DNA of 62,952 bases, taken from contig JAWODC010000021.1 of NCBI GenBank assembly GCA_046483495.1, positions 1-62,952 on the forward strand, written 5' to 3'. The notes below the pieces were generated by a model that ran no database searches, was not told where the DNA came from, and saw nothing but the letters and a program-made list of their open reading frames with translations. Position numbers and translations under genes: made by a program. This DNA comes from Desulfobacterales bacterium. Its GTDB lineage: Bacteria > Desulfobacterota > Desulfobacteria > Desulfobacterales > UBA5616. Below, in pieces: positions 60,277 through 62,952 of the stretch (its first letter is position 1; each line of letters opens with the position of its first letter).

Positions 60277-61341
60277 ATGAACATGGACAAAACACGAAGA
60301 CTCACCCATACGGTCATGGATCTTGTGCGCGGCGCCGGCGGCGTTGCCGTCGGCATCGCCGCCACGGAAACCCTCAGGGGAGGCCCGCCGTCCACCGACC
60401 TCACCTATGTGTTGCCGGAAGCCCGATCCGCAGTTGTCTTCGCTTTGCCGCTTGATCAAAATGTGATCGAACCCTTTCTTCGAAAGGAAGATATGGCAGG
60501 CATGAACATGAACAATCACCGGGTCAACACCATGTCCGGCGGTATTGCCCTGGAGCTTTCAGAGTATCTGAACATGAAAGGTTACGGCGCTGTTCCGTTG
60601 ATTGCCAATGCCGTTTATCGGAAAGACGTTCCCGGCGGCCCGATTTCCGAGCTGCCGCCGATTTCACACCGGTACCTGGCCGCGCGCAGCGGCATCGGCC
60701 ATTTCGGATTGTCCGGAAACATCATCATGAAACCTTACGGGGCCGCGGTTATTCTCGGTTCTGTGGTGACAACGGCTGAATTGATCCCCACGGATCCGCT
60801 TTCCCCCGAGGAAAATTACTGCGACGAATGCCGGCTGTGTATGGCTTCCTGCGCCTCCGGACTGATGGACGGTCATGAAAAAACGACGGTCACCATGGGA
60901 GACATTGAATTTCATTACGCCAAGCGGCTTTCCTATAACCGCTGTGACTACGTCTGCGGGGGTTTTGCCGGACTGCATCCATCGGGCAGATGGTCTACAT
61001 GGTCCCCGGCCCGGTTTGCCATACCGGAAAATGATGCGGATTTTCTGCCGGCTCTTATCAAGGCGGCACCTGCTTATAAAAGCAGGCCCAAACAGGACTT
61101 CGGATGCAATATCTATCATCCGCTGGTTCCCGGGAACCGGCTTGAGTTCACCTGCGGCCATTGCCAGTTTATCTGTCATCCCGAAAGGGAAATCCGCCAA
61201 AAACGCTATGAAATGATACGCGATTCCGGTGTCATGATCCAGCATGAGGACGGATCGCTCACGGCTGTTTCCCCTGAAGCGGCCAGAAAGCACATAGCCG
61301 AAATGGACCCCGACACCCGCGCATTGTATGAAGAGCTATAG
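60277..61341 (+). CDS. QueG/reductive-dehalogenase-like 2x[4Fe-4S] (probably cobalamin) oxidoreductase
   Basis: SHRYLAARSGIGHFG.SG, CDECRLCMASC, CGHCQFIC. Confidence 0.75.
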   Translation: MNMDKTRRLTHTVMDLVRGAGGVAVGIAATETLRGGPPSTDLTYVLPEARSAVVFALPLDQNVIEPFLRKEDMAGMNMNNHRVNTMSGGIALELSEYLNMKGYGAVPLIANAVYRKDVPGGPISELPPISHRYLAARSGIGHFGLSGNIIMKPYGAAVILGSVVTTAELIPTDPLSPEENYCDECRLCMASCASGLMDGHEKTTVTMGDIEFHYAKRLSYNRCDYVCGGFAGLHPSGRWSTWSPARFAIPENDADFLPALIKAAPAYKSRPKQDFGCNIYHPLVPGNRLEFTCGHCQFICHPEREIRQKRYEMIRDSGVMIQHEDGSLTAVSPEAARKHIAEMDPDTRALYEEL

Positions 61342-61436
61342 GGTTCCACCGGGTCTTTCGGATTCTGAATCGTAAAAATGTATTTACAATATACCTGCGT
61401 CTGTAATACGCCCGGGGGATCGGAGCGGCAAACGCA

Positions 61437-61952
61437 ATGAGCGAAACACTTTTAAATTCATTTGCAAATACACCGTTGGGAAAAATGCTCATCATCGCCT
61501 CGGAAAAGGGGCTGAGCTTTTTGGAGTTCAACGGACCGAATCGAGCCGATTACCTGAATCGCCGGCTGAAACGATATTTTTATCCTTTTCGCGTGGTTCC
61601 AGGCCGCAATAAGCATTCGGACCTGGCCTGCAGGTGGCTCGAACACTACTTTACTCACCGGCGCGACCCGTATATTCGCATTCACCTCGATGTGCGGGGA
61701 ACGGATTTTGAACTGCGGGTCTGGCATGAAATGCAGCGGATACCGTTTGGAAAAACGACCGGGTATGGCGAGATTGCCGCGAACATCGAAATGCCCAAAG
61801 GATCGCGTGCCGTGGGCGGGGCGTGCGGCAGAAACCCTGTCTCCATTATCATCCCGTGCCACCGGGTTATCGGCGGTAATGGAACGTTGACGGGGTACGG
61901 CGGCGGATTGGCCAAAAAATCCTTTCTGCTGGGGCATGAAGCGGTTTCATAG
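61437..61952 (+). CDS. ogt: Methylated-DNA-protein-cysteine methyltransferase
   Basis: RAVGGACGRNP, IPCHRVI, GYGGG. Confidence 0.95.
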   Translation: MSETLLNSFANTPLGKMLIIASEKGLSFLEFNGPNRADYLNRRLKRYFYPFRVVPGRNKHSDLACRWLEHYFTHRRDPYIRIHLDVRGTDFELRVWHEMQRIPFGKTTGYGEIAANIEMPKGSRAVGGACGRNPVSIIIPCHRVIGGNGTLTGYGGGLAKKSFLLGHEAVS

Positions 61953-62000
61953 TTTATTCTCTACCGGCGGGGCCCACAAACGACATGAAGAGCGAAAAAA

Positions 62001-62816
62001 ATGGACGACCTGTCAGTAACCCTGATTCAAACGGAATTGTACTGGGAAGATATCGAGGCCAACCTGAAAGCATTCGATGCAACGATCGATGGAATCCCGG
62101 AACCGACGGATGTGATTGTTCTTCCCGAAATGTTTACTACAGGTTTCAGCATGGACGCGCCGAGATTTGCCCAGGAAATGACGGGATCCGCAGTATCATG
62201 GATCAAGGAAGCATCACGAAAAAAAAGCGCCGATGTCATGGGAAGCGTCATTATCCGTGAGAATGGAAACTATTTCAACCGGGTACTGTGGGCCAAACCG
62301 GACGGCTCGTTATTCACCTATGATAAAAAACACCTTTTCCGAATGATCGGAGAACACAAGGTCTTTACCCCCGGAGAAAAGCACCTGACCGTGGCGGTAA
62401 AGGACTGGAAGCTCCGCCCTTTTATCTGCTATGATATGCGTTTTCCCATTTGGACGAGAAACATCGATAATGCCTATGATGTAGCGGTGTTCATCGCGAA
62501 TTGGCCGGAAAAACGGGCGCCCCACTGGAAGCTGCTCATGCCGGCCCGGGCCGTGGAAAACCAGTGTTATGTAATCGGCGTAAACCGTGTCGGCAAAGAC
62601 GGCAAGGGGTTCCCCCACAGCGGTGATTCCGCCGTCATCGATCCCATGGGCAATATCGTGTTCCAGAAGGCGCATGAATCCTTCGTTCGCACTTTTCGCC
62701 TGACGTATGACCGAATCACCTTTTACCGGGAGAAATTTGCCGCCTGGATGGACGCGGATGGCGATGCCGTTTCGTTTTTCAATACTAAACGCAATAGAAG
62801 TGAGAAGGCCGGGTAA
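62001..62816 (+). CDS. Nitrilase-superfamily omega-amidase (YafV-like)
   Basis: LPEMFTTGF, YDKKHLF, ICYDMRFP, ARAVENQ. Confidence 0.93.
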   Translation: MDDLSVTLIQTELYWEDIEANLKAFDATIDGIPEPTDVIVLPEMFTTGFSMDAPRFAQEMTGSAVSWIKEASRKKSADVMGSVIIRENGNYFNRVLWAKPDGSLFTYDKKHLFRMIGEHKVFTPGEKHLTVAVKDWKLRPFICYDMRFPIWTRNIDNAYDVAVFIANWPEKRAPHWKLLMPARAVENQCYVIGVNRVGKDGKGFPHSGDSAVIDPMGNIVFQKAHESFVRTFRLTYDRITFYREKFAAWMDADGDAVSFFNTKRNRSEKAG

Positions 62817-62886
62817 CATGAAAGACCAACTCATGTGAAAAAGGGCCGAACGGCCATGGGTGCGGGTTAGAGGTGATGTGTACCAC

Positions 62887-62952
62887 ATGACTGTTGCGGA
62901 AGATATCGATGACGTTTGGATGGAGCATCTCAGATCTGTTCACGAATCGTTT
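62887..62952 (+). CDS. Start of a CDS truncated by the window edge (MTVAEDIDDVWMEHLRSVHESF...)
   Basis: GAGGTGA RBS-like sequence upstream; frame open to the end. Confidence 0.4.
   Translation, partial: MTVAEDIDDVWMEHLRSVHESF

Noticed and set aside
60277..61341. Respiratory reductive dehalogenase
   Set aside because: No Tat signal and no adjacent RdhB membrane anchor.

Overview
About 63 kb of bacterial chromosome. The gene content suggests an anaerobic deltaproteobacterium, probably Desulfobacterales (inference). It opens with tmRNA (ssrA), whose 3' flank looks like an integration junction, followed by smpB-ptsI-ptsH. An accessory minus-strand catabolic block at about 6.4-18 kb encodes three phytoene-dehydrogenase-family (COG1233) flavoproteins, two SCP2-like proteins, an aldehyde:ferredoxin oxidoreductase, a small GG-terminated ubiquitin-like protein, a TetR regulator, a lipoate ligase and a PaaK-like CoA ligase. 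The middle is mostly housekeeping (ftsEX-envC-ctpA, pyrE, queD, dnaJ, nadB, recD2, rlpA, hsp20-lon), followed by an ECF sigma module, an S1 protein, NupC and a Gld-like ABC system. The right end holds a tandem pair of AbiEii/MenT-like nucleotidyltransferases, a nested repeat structure, and Mut7-C, QueG-like, Ogt and amidase genes. A short palindromic MITE-like repeat occurs at five or more intergenic sites. The best candidates for new biology are the COG1233/SCP2/AOR/Ubl cluster, the paired nucleotidyltransferases without an antitoxin, and a terminator/antiterminator leader in front of pyrE. All calls were made by eye from motifs; no database searches were run.
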